Source: an uncultured Eubacteriales bacterium (lineage in GTDB: Bacteria > Bacillota > Clostridia > Lachnospirales > CAZQDT01). From it: a DNA stretch of 64,000 bases. Below, piece by piece: positions 8,735 to 18,017 of the stretch (its first letter is position 1; every line of letters starts with the position of its first letter). The notes below the pieces were generated by a model that did no database searches, had not been told where the DNA came from, and saw nothing but the letters and a program-made list of their open reading frames with translations. Made by a program: the position numbers and the translations under genes. The stretch is taken from assembly GCA_964592005.1 (NCBI GenBank), contig CAZQDT010000001.1:602-64601 (forward strand), in the 5' to 3' direction.

Positions 8735-10584
8735 TGGAAAAGAAAGAATATGAATTCGGCCAAGCAACTCAAAAACCGATGCGACGTGGTCCAGGAGGTC
8801 CGGGAGGACGAATGGGTAATGGTGAAAAAGCCAAGGATTTAGTTGGTACTTGGAAAAAGTTATTGGGTTATTGCAAAAAATATAGTATTGCATTTATAAT
8901 AGCTATCATATGTGCGATTATAGGTACAGTATTACAATTGTTAGGACCTGATAAGCTTTCGGATATTGCAAAATATATTGAAGAAGGTTTGTTTACAGGT
9001 AATATTGACCTTGATGCTATTTTTGATGTAGGCATTATACTTATTTGTTTTTATGCTGCAAGCTGGATACTTGCGACAACTCAACATTGGATTATGGCAA
9101 CTGTTACGCAGCGAGTATCTAAAACGATGCGTTGTGATATTTCTGAAAAAATTAATCGTTTGCCAATGTGGTACTATAATAGCCATTCAACTGGTGATGT
9201 ACTGTCACGTGTAACAAACGATGTGGATACAATTGGTCAGTCTTTAAACCAAAGTATTGGTAATTTGATTTCACAAATTGTTTTATTTGTTGGAAGTCTA
9301 TTTATGATGTTTATTACAAACTGGGTTATGGCATTTACGGCGGTATTATCAACTCTTATTGGTTTTGTATTTATGATGGTTGTTATGAGTAAAAGCCAGA
9401 AGTATTTTATGCAGCAACAGCGAAATTTAGGTGCTTTAAATGGACATATTGAGGAAATTTATGCAGGTCATACAGTTGTTAAGGCTTATAATGGTGAAGA
9501 ACAGGAAAATAAAAAATTTGATGAATTAAATGCAAAGCTTAGAGATAGCGGATTTAAAGCACATTGCCTTTCCGGACTTATGCAACCATTTATGGCTTTT
9601 ATTGGCAATTTTGCTTATGTGGCAGTTTGTATTGTTGGTGGTGCTTTAGCACTGAATGGTAATATTGATTTTTCAGTTATTGTAGCATTTGTTATGTATG
9701 TACGTTATTTTACACAGCCACTTTCTCAGATTGCACAATCAATGCAAACGTTACAGTCAGCCGCTGCTGCTGGAGAAAGAGTTTTTGAATTCCTTGAAGC
9801 TGAAGAAATGGAAGACGAAAGCCAAAAGACAAAGCGTCTTGAAAATGTAAAAGGTGCTGTTGAATTTAAACATGTTAAATTTGGATACGAAGATTCTGAT
9901 AAGACTATAATCCATGATTTTTCAGCAATAGCGAAGCCGGGACAAAAGATTGCGATTGTTGGTCCTACGGGAGCAGGAAAGACAACTATGGTTAATCTTC
10001 TTATGCGTTTTCATGAAATACAAAGTGGCGAAATTTGTATTGATGGAATATCTACAAAAGATGTTAAACGTGAGGATGTTCATGAACAATTCTGTATGGT
10101 TTTACAGGATACATGGTTATTTGAAGGGACTATTCGTGAAAATCTTGTATATTCGACATCTAATGTATCGGATGAAAAAATTAAAGAAGCATGTAAGGCA
10201 GTTGGTTTGCATCACTTTATAAAAACACTTCCGCAAGGATATGATACAGTTTTATCGGACCAAGTTAATCTTTCGCAGGGGCAAAAACAACAGCTTACGA
10301 TTGCTCGTGCTATGATTGCAGATAAGCCAATGCTAATTTTGGATGAAGCGACATCGTCAGTAGACACCCGTACTGAGTTGCAAATTCAAGATGCTATGGA
10401 TAAGCTTATGCACGGAAGAACTTCGTTTGTTATTGCACATCGTCTTTCTACGATTAAAAATTCTGACCTCATTCTTGTAATGAAAGATGGTGATATTATA
10501 GAAAGTGGTAATCATGAAGAATTGCTTAAAAAAGGTGGATTTTATGCAGAACTTTATAATAGTCAATTTGAACAGGTATCATAA
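8734..10584 (+). CDS. ABC exporter permease/ATPase, subunit 2 of a heterodimer
   Basis: 616 aa. The start overlaps the upstream stop (TAATG). Walker A GPTGAGKTT, variant signature LSQGQKQQ, Walker B LILDEATS with a consensus Glu. The N-terminal tail is Gly/Pro/Arg-rich (RRGPGGPGGRMG). Confidence 0.9.
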   Translation: MEKKEYEFGQATQKPMRRGPGGPGGRMGNGEKAKDLVGTWKKLLGYCKKYSIAFIIAIICAIIGTVLQLLGPDKLSDIAKYIEEGLFTGNIDLDAIFDVGIILICFYAASWILATTQHWIMATVTQRVSKTMRCDISEKINRLPMWYYNSHSTGDVLSRVTNDVDTIGQSLNQSIGNLISQIVLFVGSLFMMFITNWVMAFTAVLSTLIGFVFMMVVMSKSQKYFMQQQRNLGALNGHIEEIYAGHTVVKAYNGEEQENKKFDELNAKLRDSGFKAHCLSGLMQPFMAFIGNFAYVAVCIVGGALALNGNIDFSVIVAFVMYVRYFTQPLSQIAQSMQTLQSAAAAGERVFEFLEAEEMEDESQKTKRLENVKGAVEFKHVKFGYEDSDKTIIHDFSAIAKPGQKIAIVGPTGAGKTTMVNLLMRFHEIQSGEICIDGISTKDVKREDVHEQFCMVLQDTWLFEGTIRENLVYSTSNVSDEKIKEACKAVGLHHFIKTLPQGYDTVLSDQVNLSQGQKQQLTIARAMIADKPMLILDEATSSVDTRTELQIQDAMDKLMHGRTSFVIAHRLSTIKNSDLILVMKDGDIIESGNHEELLKKGGFYAELYNSQFEQVS

Positions 10585-10954
10585 GATGTAAAAATAATAC
10601 AGAGATTATATAAAAATTGGTGTGGTTAAAAATCAAATGTCATTAAGTTTACAGTGTTGACAGCTGCAAACCCCAAAAGAGGTAGAAAGTTTTAATCTTT
10701 TTGCCTCTTTTCTTTGTTTTTGAGCAACACAAATAGACAGATTTTCATCTGTCAAAAAAATAATTATTCAAATATGTAAATTTATGACATTGGGTTAAAA
10801 ATCACACTAATTTTTTTAAAATAAAGATGATTGTTTAAATAAAGTTAAATTAGTAATATATTAAAAACTAAAGAAAAAATATTAAAAAAAGGACAAGAAA
10901 AATATCAAATTAGCAAAATAAAGCAATAAATAGGTAAAAAATGATAAAAAATGC

Positions 10955-10985
10955 TTGAAAACTGGGGGGGGGGGGGTGGTATAAT
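10955..10985 (+). promoter_or_regulatory. chemoreceptor promoter with a poly-G spacer
   Basis: TTGAAA (10955-10960), then a 19-nt spacer ACT-G13-TGG, then TATAAT (10980-10985) preceded by TG at 10977-10978 (extended -10). It sits 51 nt upstream of the MCP ATG. Confidence 0.55.
10964..10976 (+). repeat. G13 homopolymer
   Basis: Thirteen consecutive G were counted directly (7 in block 10961-10970 and 6 in block 10971-10980). It is the only long G/C homopolymer seen in the window. Confidence 0.95.
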
Positions 10986-11035
10986 AAAACGATGTATAGT
11001 TTTGCAGTAAAATTATTGAAAGGGGTAAAACACAA

Positions 11036-12751
11036 ATGAATTTGGAAAGCCGATTGAAAAATTTAAAAGTGGCAGAGAAATTGAAAGTTTATCGAATTAG
11101 TACTATTGTATTAATTTTAGGTATGGGAATTGTATCAGCAGTATTGAGTTTTGTGATGTATTTAAATATTAAAAACATTACAGAAGTATGGTCGCCTTCC
11201 TTAGCATATGTACAGGAATGGGATACACTTGCTTCTGATTATCGTTTGAAACAGTACGGACATTTGGTGGCTGCTGATGAAGAAACTATGAAATCATATG
11301 AGCAAGAGATGGCAGTCGTAGAAAAGAATATGGAAGAAGTACGTGCAGAGTTTAAAAATTTAATTTCTACGGAAGTAGAACAAAAAGAATATAATAATAT
11401 AATTGAAAAATGGGAAGAGTATGTAAAACAGTCAGAAAAAATACTTGAACTTAGTCGTGCAGGTAAACCTGAAGAAGGCGGACTGTTGATGGTGGGTGAA
11501 ATTTATGATACATATAAAGATTTTTGTAAAAGTTTTGATGAACTTGAAAATTATGAGAATAATGAATTATCAAAAGCTAAAACTATAATAAAAGTGGTAT
11601 TTATTATAATGATTATAATTATTGCTATTGTAGTAATTTTTGCTGTTTTTGCAGCGACTTCTATTGGTAAAGTGATTGGAAAGATGATTACAGAGCCGGT
11701 AGCACAGATAGAAAAAGCAATAGTTGCCATGAGAGATGGAGATTTTTCTAAAGAAAACTTACTTACTTATGAATCAGAAGATGAGCTTGGTGTAGTAGAA
11801 AAGAAATTGAAAGAAGCTTTGATAAATTTAACTAACTATGTAAAAGAAATTTCAGATGAATTGAAAAAAATTGCAAAAGGTGATTTGACTAGAAATGGTG
11901 AGGATATCACAGACTTTTTAGGAGAGTTTTCTAGTATAAAGGAATCACTTATGTATATTTTGAAAAAACTTAATGTTGCACTTAATCAAATTCAGGATTC
12001 TTCAGTTCAGGTTGCAAATGAATCAGAAGAAATTTCAAAGGCATCACAATCACTTGCAGAGATAGCAAATGACCAGGCAAGTGCAATTGAAGAATTAACA
12101 GCTACTGTGAATACTGTGGCTAGTTTAGCAACAGAAAGTGCAAAAACATCACAGGAAGCCTATGAAAAGGTTAAAAATTCTACAATCAAAGCTGAAGATG
12201 AAAAGCGTAAAATGGAAGAATTGACAGAGGAAATGAAATATATTACAGAAATTTCCAAGGAAATTGGAAATATTATTACTGCAATAGAAGATATTGCATC
12301 TCAGACAAATTTATTGTCTTTGAATGCGTCTATTGAGTCGGCTAGAGCGGGAGAGGCAGGCAAAGGATTTGCGGTTGTTGCAGACCAGATTGGTAAATTG
12401 GCATTGGATAGTGCACAATCGGCTGTAAATACAAGAAATCTTATAAATAAGACTTTGATAGAGATTGAAAAAGGTAATGCGATTACAATATCTACTTCAG
12501 AATCTTTTGACCAGATTATAGAAGAAATGAAATCTTTTGCAGAAGTAGCAAATCAAACTATGCAAAATGCAAATGCTCAAGCAAGTGCATTGGAACAGAT
12601 AGAAAATGGTATAGAGCATGTTTCGGCATCTATACAAAATACATCTGCATCAGCGGAAGAAAATTTTGCAATAAGTGAAAATTTATCAGATAAATCATTG
12701 CAATTAGATGAATTAGTAAAGAGATTTGATTTATTTGAAAATAAAAAATAA
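11036..12751 (+). CDS. methyl-accepting chemotaxis protein
   Basis: 571 aa. An N-terminal TM, a helical sensor domain and a second TM are followed by a HAMP region and a highly conserved signalling hairpin ([37 protein letters not shown]). Confidence 0.9.
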   Translation: MNLESRLKNLKVAEKLKVYRISTIVLILGMGIVSAVLSFVMYLNIKNITEVWSPSLAYVQEWDTLASDYRLKQYGHLVAADEETMKSYEQEMAVVEKNMEEVRAEFKNLISTEVEQKEYNNIIEKWEEYVKQSEKILELSRAGKPEEGGLLMVGEIYDTYKDFCKSFDELENYENNELSKAKTIIKVVFIIMIIIIAIVVIFAVFAATSIGKVIGKMITEPVAQIEKAIVAMRDGDFSKENLLTYESEDELGVVEKKLKEALINLTNYVKEISDELKKIAKGDLTRNGEDITDFLGEFSSIKESLMYILKKLNVALNQIQDSSVQVANESEEISKASQSLAEIANDQASAIEELTATVNTVASLATESAKTSQEAYEKVKNSTIKAEDEKRKMEELTEEMKYITEISKEIGNIITAIEDIASQTNLLSLNASIESARAGEAGKGFAVVADQIGKLALDSAQSAVNTRNLINKTLIEIEKGNAITISTSESFDQIIEEMKSFAEVANQTMQNANAQASALEQIENGIEHVSASIQNTSASAEENFAISENLSDKSLQLDELVKRFDLFENKK

Positions 12752-12768
12752 ATGTTTTATTAAAAATG

Positions 12769-12802
12769 AGGTTTACTTTATTGAGTAAGCCTTATTTTTT
12801 TT
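12769..12802 (+). terminator. rho-independent terminator after the MCP gene
   Basis: AGGTTTACT / AGTAAGCCT stem (one G-U pair), 6-nt loop, then TATTTTTTTT. Confidence 0.6.
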
Positions 12803-12911
12803 ATTTTAATATTTCTTTAACATTTCTTAAAAAAATCATAAACAAATAAAAACTATAATTAAAACATAAATTAAATGAATTAAAAATAAATCAAGAAAGG
12901 GAGAAATTAAA

Positions 12912-13121
12912 ATGTCAAAATTAGCAGATACAAATGAAAAAATTGCAGAAGTTGTAGTAGAAGGTTATAAAAAAATTGAAGATGGTTTTGTTGGAGGGTA
13001 CAAGAAAATTGAGAATGGTGCAGTCGAGGGTTTTACAAAAGTAATGGATAAATGTGTAGAAGTATTGTTTGCAAAAGAGGGTGAAACAGTGGAAGAAGCA
13101 AAGAAAAGGCTTTCAAGATAA
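12912..13121 (+). CDS. small soluble protein of unknown function
   Basis: 69 aa with a GGGAG RBS. Contains an internal duplicated motif, EGYKKIEDGFVGGYKKIENGAVEGF. Confidence 0.5.
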   Translation: MSKLADTNEKIAEVVVEGYKKIEDGFVGGYKKIENGAVEGFTKVMDKCVEVLFAKEGETVEEAKKRLSR

Positions 13122-13192
13122 AAGTAATTTTAACAAAACTTAAACATTTTATAAAAAATTATAAATATTAATAAAAAAAGAAAGAGGTAATA

Positions 13193-13564
13193 ATGATGAA
13201 TAAGAATGACCAAGAATTTTTAGTACAAAAAATCCGTACACAGTATACAGAAAAGGAGTATACACAGCTTGATGAACTGAAAGCATTAGATGCCAAAGTA
13301 AAAAATCCGGCAAATGCTTTTGCATACATATTTGGAAGTTTGGGAGCAATTATTATGGGAGCTGGAATGAGCCTTGTAATGACAGATATAGGTTCAAGTA
13401 TTGGTATTGAAAATGCAATGACACCGGGTATTATTATAGGAGTTATAGGAATGCTTATCGCAATTATCAACTATCCAGTTTATAAAAATATCCTTAATTC
13501 ACGTAGAAAAAAATATGCAGACCAAGTTATGAAACTTAGTGATAAGATTATGAGTAATAAATAA
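13193..13564 (+). CDS. small two-TM membrane protein, paralog of 16424..16801
   Basis: 123 aa with an AGAGG RBS. Shares KIR.QY, LD..V, G.GMS..M and PGII.GVIG....I..YPVY blocks with the 125-aa ORF at 16424. Confidence 0.55.
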   Translation: MMNKNDQEFLVQKIRTQYTEKEYTQLDELKALDAKVKNPANAFAYIFGSLGAIIMGAGMSLVMTDIGSSIGIENAMTPGIIIGVIGMLIAIINYPVYKNILNSRRKKYADQVMKLSDKIMSNK

Positions 13565-13609
13565 TTATTTTTGTAAGAAGATAACTAGAATATTTTATTA
13601 TTAATGAAA

Positions 13610-13646
13610 AAAGTGGAGTATATGAAAAATATAACTCCACTTTTTA
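13610..13646 (+). terminator. rho-independent terminator
   Basis: 10-bp stem AAAGTGGAGT / ACTCCACTTT, 14-nt loop, T-run. Confidence 0.6.
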
Positions 13647-13773
13647 CAGTTTTTTATAAAAAATATAAAATAGAAACAAAACTTTAACATTTCTATTGTA
13701 TAATTATTAAAGGAAACAAAATTTCTGCTAAAGTCGCAAAAGTTTTTAAAAATAATATATGGGAGATATGGAA

Positions 13774-14445
13774 ATGTTTAAGATATTAGTGGTGGAAGAT
13801 GAAAAAGAAATGAATAAAACTGTATGCTCGTTTTTAAATCAAAGTGGTTATGAAGCTATTGGTTGTTTAAATGCGACAGATGCCTATGATGTACTTACTG
13901 ATAATGTTATTGATTTAATTGTTTCAGATATTATGATGCCAAATATAGATGGTTTTGAATTTGCAAGTAATGTACGTGAATTGAATGAGAATATACCTAT
14001 CCTTTTTATGACTGCACGTGATGATATTGCATCTAAACAAAGAGGTTTTCGTATCGGTGTAGATGATTATATGGTAAAGCCGATAGACTTAGATGAATTA
14101 TTTTTGCGAATAGGTGCACTTCTTCGCAGGGCAAAGATTGCGGCAAATCGAAAACTGGAAATTGGTAAATTTGTAATGGATGCTGATGAACATACAGCAT
14201 ATTTTGAAGGAGAAGAAATATCAATGACTAATAGAGAATTTAGTATTCTTTATAAATTATTATCTTATCCTAAAAAAACTTTTACAAGAACACAGCTTAT
14301 GGATGAATTTTGGGATGCCGATACAGAAACTGCACCGAGAGCGGTAGATGTCTATATGACAAAACTCAGAGGAAAACTTTCAAAATGTAATGATTTTGAA
14401 ATTGTGACAGTCCATGGATTGGGATATAAGGTGGTGCTGAAGTGA
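13774..14445 (+). CDS. OmpR/PhoB-family response regulator
   Basis: Receiver domain (MFKILVVEDE...DLIVSDIMMP...MVKP) plus a winged-helix output domain (REFSILYKLL...VDVYMTKLRGKL...VHGLGYK). The ATG at 13774 is preferred over the track start at 13759. Confidence 0.9.
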   Translation: MFKILVVEDEKEMNKTVCSFLNQSGYEAIGCLNATDAYDVLTDNVIDLIVSDIMMPNIDGFEFASNVRELNENIPILFMTARDDIASKQRGFRIGVDDYMVKPIDLDELFLRIGALLRRAKIAANRKLEIGKFVMDADEHTAYFEGEEISMTNREFSILYKLLSYPKKTFTRTQLMDEFWDADTETAPRAVDVYMTKLRGKLSKCNDFEIVTVHGLGYKVVLK

Positions 14446-15515
14446 AAAAAGCAGATTTTTGGAGTAAAATCTTAAAGGCTATTTATAGATGTTTACTGTT
14501 TTTTCTTTTGGTTGCATTTCTTGTTACAAGTTCAACTATGTTATTTGTTTCTGTATTATCGGAAAGTTTGGAATTACAACTTACTGAAGCTAATATGAAT
14601 ATGGCTGCAAAGTTGACATTTGGAAATGTTATATTTTTAAGTATTTTATTTACTGTAATTGATGCTGTACGCAGAAAATTTACGACTGAAAAAGCTACAA
14701 AACATATAGCGAAAGCAGCAAAGAAAGTAGTTGAAGGGGATTTTAGCGTAAGAATTTCACCTATGAACAGATTGGGAACAGATGAAAATTTTAATGAAAT
14801 TATTAAATGTTTTAATACTATGACAGAAGAACTTGCAGGTGTTGAAACGCTTCGTACGGATTTCATTGCAAATGTATCGCATGAGATGAAAACACCTCTT
14901 GCTGTTATGCAGAATTACGGAACACTGTTACAGACTCCTAATCTAGCTGAAGAAAAAAGAATTGAGTATGCAAAAGGAATTACAGAAAGTTCACATCGTT
15001 TGGCTGATATGATGACTAATATTTTAAAGCTTAATCGTCTTGAAAAACAGCAGATTTATCCTAAAAGAGAAGAATATGATTTAGGTGAGCAGCTTTGTGC
15101 CTGCCTTTTAAATTATGAAACTGTATGGGAAAAGAAAAATATAGAAATTGAGGTAGAAATGGCAGAAAATGTAAAAGTGAATGCGGATAGTGAACTTTTA
15201 TCACTTGTCTGGAATAATCTTTTTTCAAATGCTTTTAAATTTACTCCTGATGGTGGTAAAGTATCAGTTTCTCTTGAAGATGTGAATGATTGTGCAGTGG
15301 TTAAAGTCGGGGATTCTGGCTGTGGTATGACATCTGAAGTAGGAGCACATATTTTTGAGAAATTTTATCAGGGAGATACATCTCATGCAACACAAGGAAA
15401 TGGTTTGGGACTTGCCTTAGTTAAACGTGTGGTAGACATTTTGCAGGGTGAAATAAGTGTAGAAAGTGAACTTGGAAAAGGTAGTGTTTTTACGGTAAAA
15501 TTTTGGAGGATTTAA
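14442..15515 (+). CDS. sensor histidine kinase, intramembrane-sensing type
   Basis: 357 aa. The GTG start overlaps the RR stop (GTGA). Two TM helices are separated by only about 20 aa. HAMP region, H-box SHEMKTPLA, and N/G boxes (WNNLFSNAFKFT, DSGCGM, GNGLGLALV). Confidence 0.9.
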   Translation: MKKADFWSKILKAIYRCLLFFLLVAFLVTSSTMLFVSVLSESLELQLTEANMNMAAKLTFGNVIFLSILFTVIDAVRRKFTTEKATKHIAKAAKKVVEGDFSVRISPMNRLGTDENFNEIIKCFNTMTEELAGVETLRTDFIANVSHEMKTPLAVMQNYGTLLQTPNLAEEKRIEYAKGITESSHRLADMMTNILKLNRLEKQQIYPKREEYDLGEQLCACLLNYETVWEKKNIEIEVEMAENVKVNADSELLSLVWNNLFSNAFKFTPDGGKVSVSLEDVNDCAVVKVGDSGCGMTSEVGAHIFEKFYQGDTSHATQGNGLGLALVKRVVDILQGEISVESELGKGSVFTVKFWRI

Positions 15516-15516
15516 T

Positions 15517-16410
15517 ATGAAAGATTGGAAATCAATATGTAAAAAATTACTATTTTTGCCCATATGGTTAATTATTATTTTAACAGTTGTGAGTACAATA
15601 GCATTGGTTGCAGTTTTTATAAATAAATTAAGTGCATCGCCTGTAGCTTATATAGTCTATATTGTTTCATTCTATACACTTACAGTGCTTTGCATTGCCT
15701 GTTGTTACACAATTCCTAGGTATTATAAAAGTATTAGAAAAAAACTATATGAAAATAAGTATGCAAATCGTTATTTGACAGATGTGGCTTTTAAAACTCA
15801 TGTAAGTCTTTACAGTTCTCTTGTTATAAATTTAATTTATGTAGCAATAAAGGGAGTTTCAGCAGTTGTATATCGTACATATTGGTTTGCGATATTTGCT
15901 GTTTATTATGCTATAATGGCAATAATGCGTTTTTTGCTGGTTCGATATGTAGGAAAAAATAATATTGGCGAAAGTCGCTTGAAAGAGTTGCAACGTTCAC
16001 GTCTGTGTTCATATATATTGCTGACGGTTAATCTTGTACTTTCTGCTGTAGTGCTTATGATGGTTTATTATAATCGTGGATTTCATTATAAGGGATTTTT
16101 GATTTATGTAATAGCACTATATACTTTTTATATTACTATCACAGCTATTAAAGATATTGTTAAATATCGGAAATATAATAGTCCGGTTATGTCAGTTTCT
16201 AAAATAATTAAGTTTGCATCAGCGTTATTTTCTATGCTTTTTCTTGAAACAGCAATGTTTTCACAATTTGGTGGAGATACTTCATTAGAAACTCAACGTA
16301 TAATGATTATGGCAACAGGTGCAGGCATTTGTGTAATAGTGGTTGGAATGTCAGTATATGTGATTATAAAGGCGACAAAAGAGATAAAAGTAATAAAACA
16401 AAATAATTAA
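15517..16410 (+). CDS. polytopic membrane protein of unknown function, co-operonic with the TCS
   Basis: 297 aa. It starts 1 nt after the HK stop. About 8 hydrophobic segments and no recognisable catalytic motif. Confidence 0.6.
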   Translation: MKDWKSICKKLLFLPIWLIIILTVVSTIALVAVFINKLSASPVAYIVYIVSFYTLTVLCIACCYTIPRYYKSIRKKLYENKYANRYLTDVAFKTHVSLYSSLVINLIYVAIKGVSAVVYRTYWFAIFAVYYAIMAIMRFLLVRYVGKNNIGESRLKELQRSRLCSYILLTVNLVLSAVVLMMVYYNRGFHYKGFLIYVIALYTFYITITAIKDIVKYRKYNSPVMSVSKIIKFASALFSMLFLETAMFSQFGGDTSLETQRIMIMATGAGICVIVVGMSVYVIIKATKEIKVIKQNN

Positions 16411-16423
16411 ATGAGGTGTAAAT

Positions 16424-16801
16424 ATGGATAATCAAAGTGATGAAAAAAGTTTTAAATTTACATATTCTGCAAAAGAACAAGATGAAATAAAAAAAATACG
16501 ACAAAAATATATACTTGAAGATGATAAAGTAGAAAAACTCCGCCGTTTAGACAAGAATGTAACTAAAAAAGGAACAATGTATTCCGTTATTATTGGAGTG
16601 GTTGGAAGTTTGCTTTTAGGAGTAGGAATGAGTTGTACAATGGTATTAAATAAGATTTGGTTTATACCTGGTATTATTGTTGGTGTGATAGGAATAGCTT
16701 TAATAATTGCCGCATATCCGGTATATAATTATATTACTCAAAAAGAACGTGAAAAAATAGCTCCTGAAATTATCAGGCTTACAGATGAGTTAATGAAATG
16801 A
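16424..16801 (+). CDS. small two-TM membrane protein, paralog of 13193..13564
   Basis: 125 aa with a GAGGTG RBS, starting 13 nt after the preceding gene. See the paralog blocks listed for 13193..13564. Confidence 0.55.
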   Translation: MDNQSDEKSFKFTYSAKEQDEIKKIRQKYILEDDKVEKLRRLDKNVTKKGTMYSVIIGVVGSLLLGVGMSCTMVLNKIWFIPGIIVGVIGIALIIAAYPVYNYITQKEREKIAPEIIRLTDELMK

Positions 16802-16891
16802 AAGAGCAATAAAAGAACTTGAAATTCTAGTGCTATGGAATGGGTAGATAATGTATAAAAGTTAGGAAAAATAAAAGATTTGCATAAAATT

Positions 16892-16955
16892 AACATCCTA
16901 AGTGTTGTATAAATCTTATTGGTTTTACAATATTTAGGATGTTTTGTGTTGTTTA
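16892..16955 (+). terminator. long hairpin terminator of the TCS operon
   Basis: AACATCCTAA (16892-16901) pairs with TTAGGATGTT (16934-16943), followed by TTTGTGTTGTTTATT. Confidence 0.5.
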
Positions 16956-17139
16956 TTAAAAAATTTTATTTCAAAATATTTTAATATATGTTAAAAATTA
17001 AAAAATTTAATTGATTTTGCATTTAAAGTGTGATAATATACAGAAAATAGTACTATTTAATATTTATCAAAACAATTCAAAAAAATTCCCGGAATAAAAT
17101 TTAAAGTAAGGCTTGAAACCCAAAAGATAGGAGAATACA

Positions 17140-17994
17140 ATGAAAGAAATAATAAAATTAAAAAATGATTTAATGTTTAAAATAATGTTTATGAAAGAGG
17201 AAAATAGAGATATATTGCAGGATTTTATAGCATCGGTGTTGAATATTCCATATGAAAGCATAAAAAATATTTCGATAAAAAATTCAGAATTGTTGCCGGA
17301 TATGGTAGTAAATAAATTTAGCAGACTGGATATAAATCTTGAATTAAATAATGAAAAACTTATAAATATAGAAATGCAGGTGCGAAGTCAGGATTATTTC
17401 AATGACAGAACATTGTTTTATCTTGCTAAATTGTATACTTCAAAATTAAAAAAAGGGGAAGAATATGATAGACTGCAACAGAGTATTTCGATAAATATAG
17501 TGGCATTTGATATATTTGAATGCGAAGAGTATCATTCGGAATTTTTGATGATGGAAAAGAACAGACATGAAGTATTTACGGACAAATTTTGTATACATTT
17601 TTTAGAATTAAATAAAATAAACAACAAGACTGGTGAAGATAACCATTTAGAATTGTGGTTAAAATTGATAAATGCTGAAAGCGAGGAGGAATTGAAGATG
17701 ATAGAGCAGGCGGATGTTCCGATGTTGTTAAAAGCGGTGAATGTAGTGAAACAGATGAGCGAAGACGAAAGATTGAAAGAAATTGAGAGAATGAGAGATA
17801 AGGCATTGCACGATGAAGCGAGTGAATTGGGAAGTGCGAGAAGAAAAGGAATGAGTGAAGGGATAAGTATAGGAATAAGTAAGGGCAAAATTGAAGGAAG
17901 AAATGAGGGAATAAGCAAATTTATGGAAACAATGAGAAAATTGGGATATGCAGAAGAAGAAATAAAGAAGATATTGATGAATATTTCTGATTGA
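17140..17994 (+). CDS. Rpn/YhgA-like PD-(D/E)xK recombination-promoting nuclease (putative transposase family)
   Basis: 284 aa with a GGAG RBS. N-terminal family core: KNDLMFKIMF, FSRLDINLEL, INIEMQV, FYLAKLY. C-terminal Gly-spaced repeats (GMSEGISIGISKGKIEGRNEGI) and an LGY..EEI tail. Confidence 0.8.
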   Translation: MKEIIKLKNDLMFKIMFMKEENRDILQDFIASVLNIPYESIKNISIKNSELLPDMVVNKFSRLDINLELNNEKLINIEMQVRSQDYFNDRTLFYLAKLYTSKLKKGEEYDRLQQSISINIVAFDIFECEEYHSEFLMMEKNRHEVFTDKFCIHFLELNKINNKTGEDNHLELWLKLINAESEEELKMIEQADVPMLLKAVNVVKQMSEDERLKEIERMRDKALHDEASELGSARRKGMSEGISIGISKGKIEGRNEGISKFMETMRKLGYAEEEIKKILMNISD

Positions 17995-18017
17995 TAAAAA
18001 TAATTATGATGGGAATG

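Noticed and set aside
10610-10802. Possible third, degenerate copy of the 46-nt ABC element downstream of operon 1 (AAAAATTGG...AAATGTCATT at 10612-10644; GGTTAAAAATCA repeated at 10624 and 10791 next to ATGACATT)
   Set aside because: Only short blocks (9-12 nt) match, spacing differs and orientation is inconsistent. This is not enough to claim that repeats flank the marR-ABC cassette.
14483-14866. 127-aa minus-strand ORF inside the histidine kinase gene, and similar antisense ORFs at 33732..34175, 61974..62360, 63025..63423 and 5439..5768
   Set aside because: Each is fully contained in a strongly supported gene on the other strand and has no RBS or motif content. This is typical of AT-rich genomes, which have few stop codons on the antisense frame.
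6100-16800. Idea that the marR-ABC / MCP / TCS block is a horizontally acquired island of higher GC
   Set aside because: Hand counts of sample lines gave about 38% in this block. They also gave about 37% in the giant surface protein gene and 28% in the RND adaptor gene. Composition therefore varies gene by gene. I cannot compute windows reliably, and no integrase, tRNA or direct repeats mark the borders.
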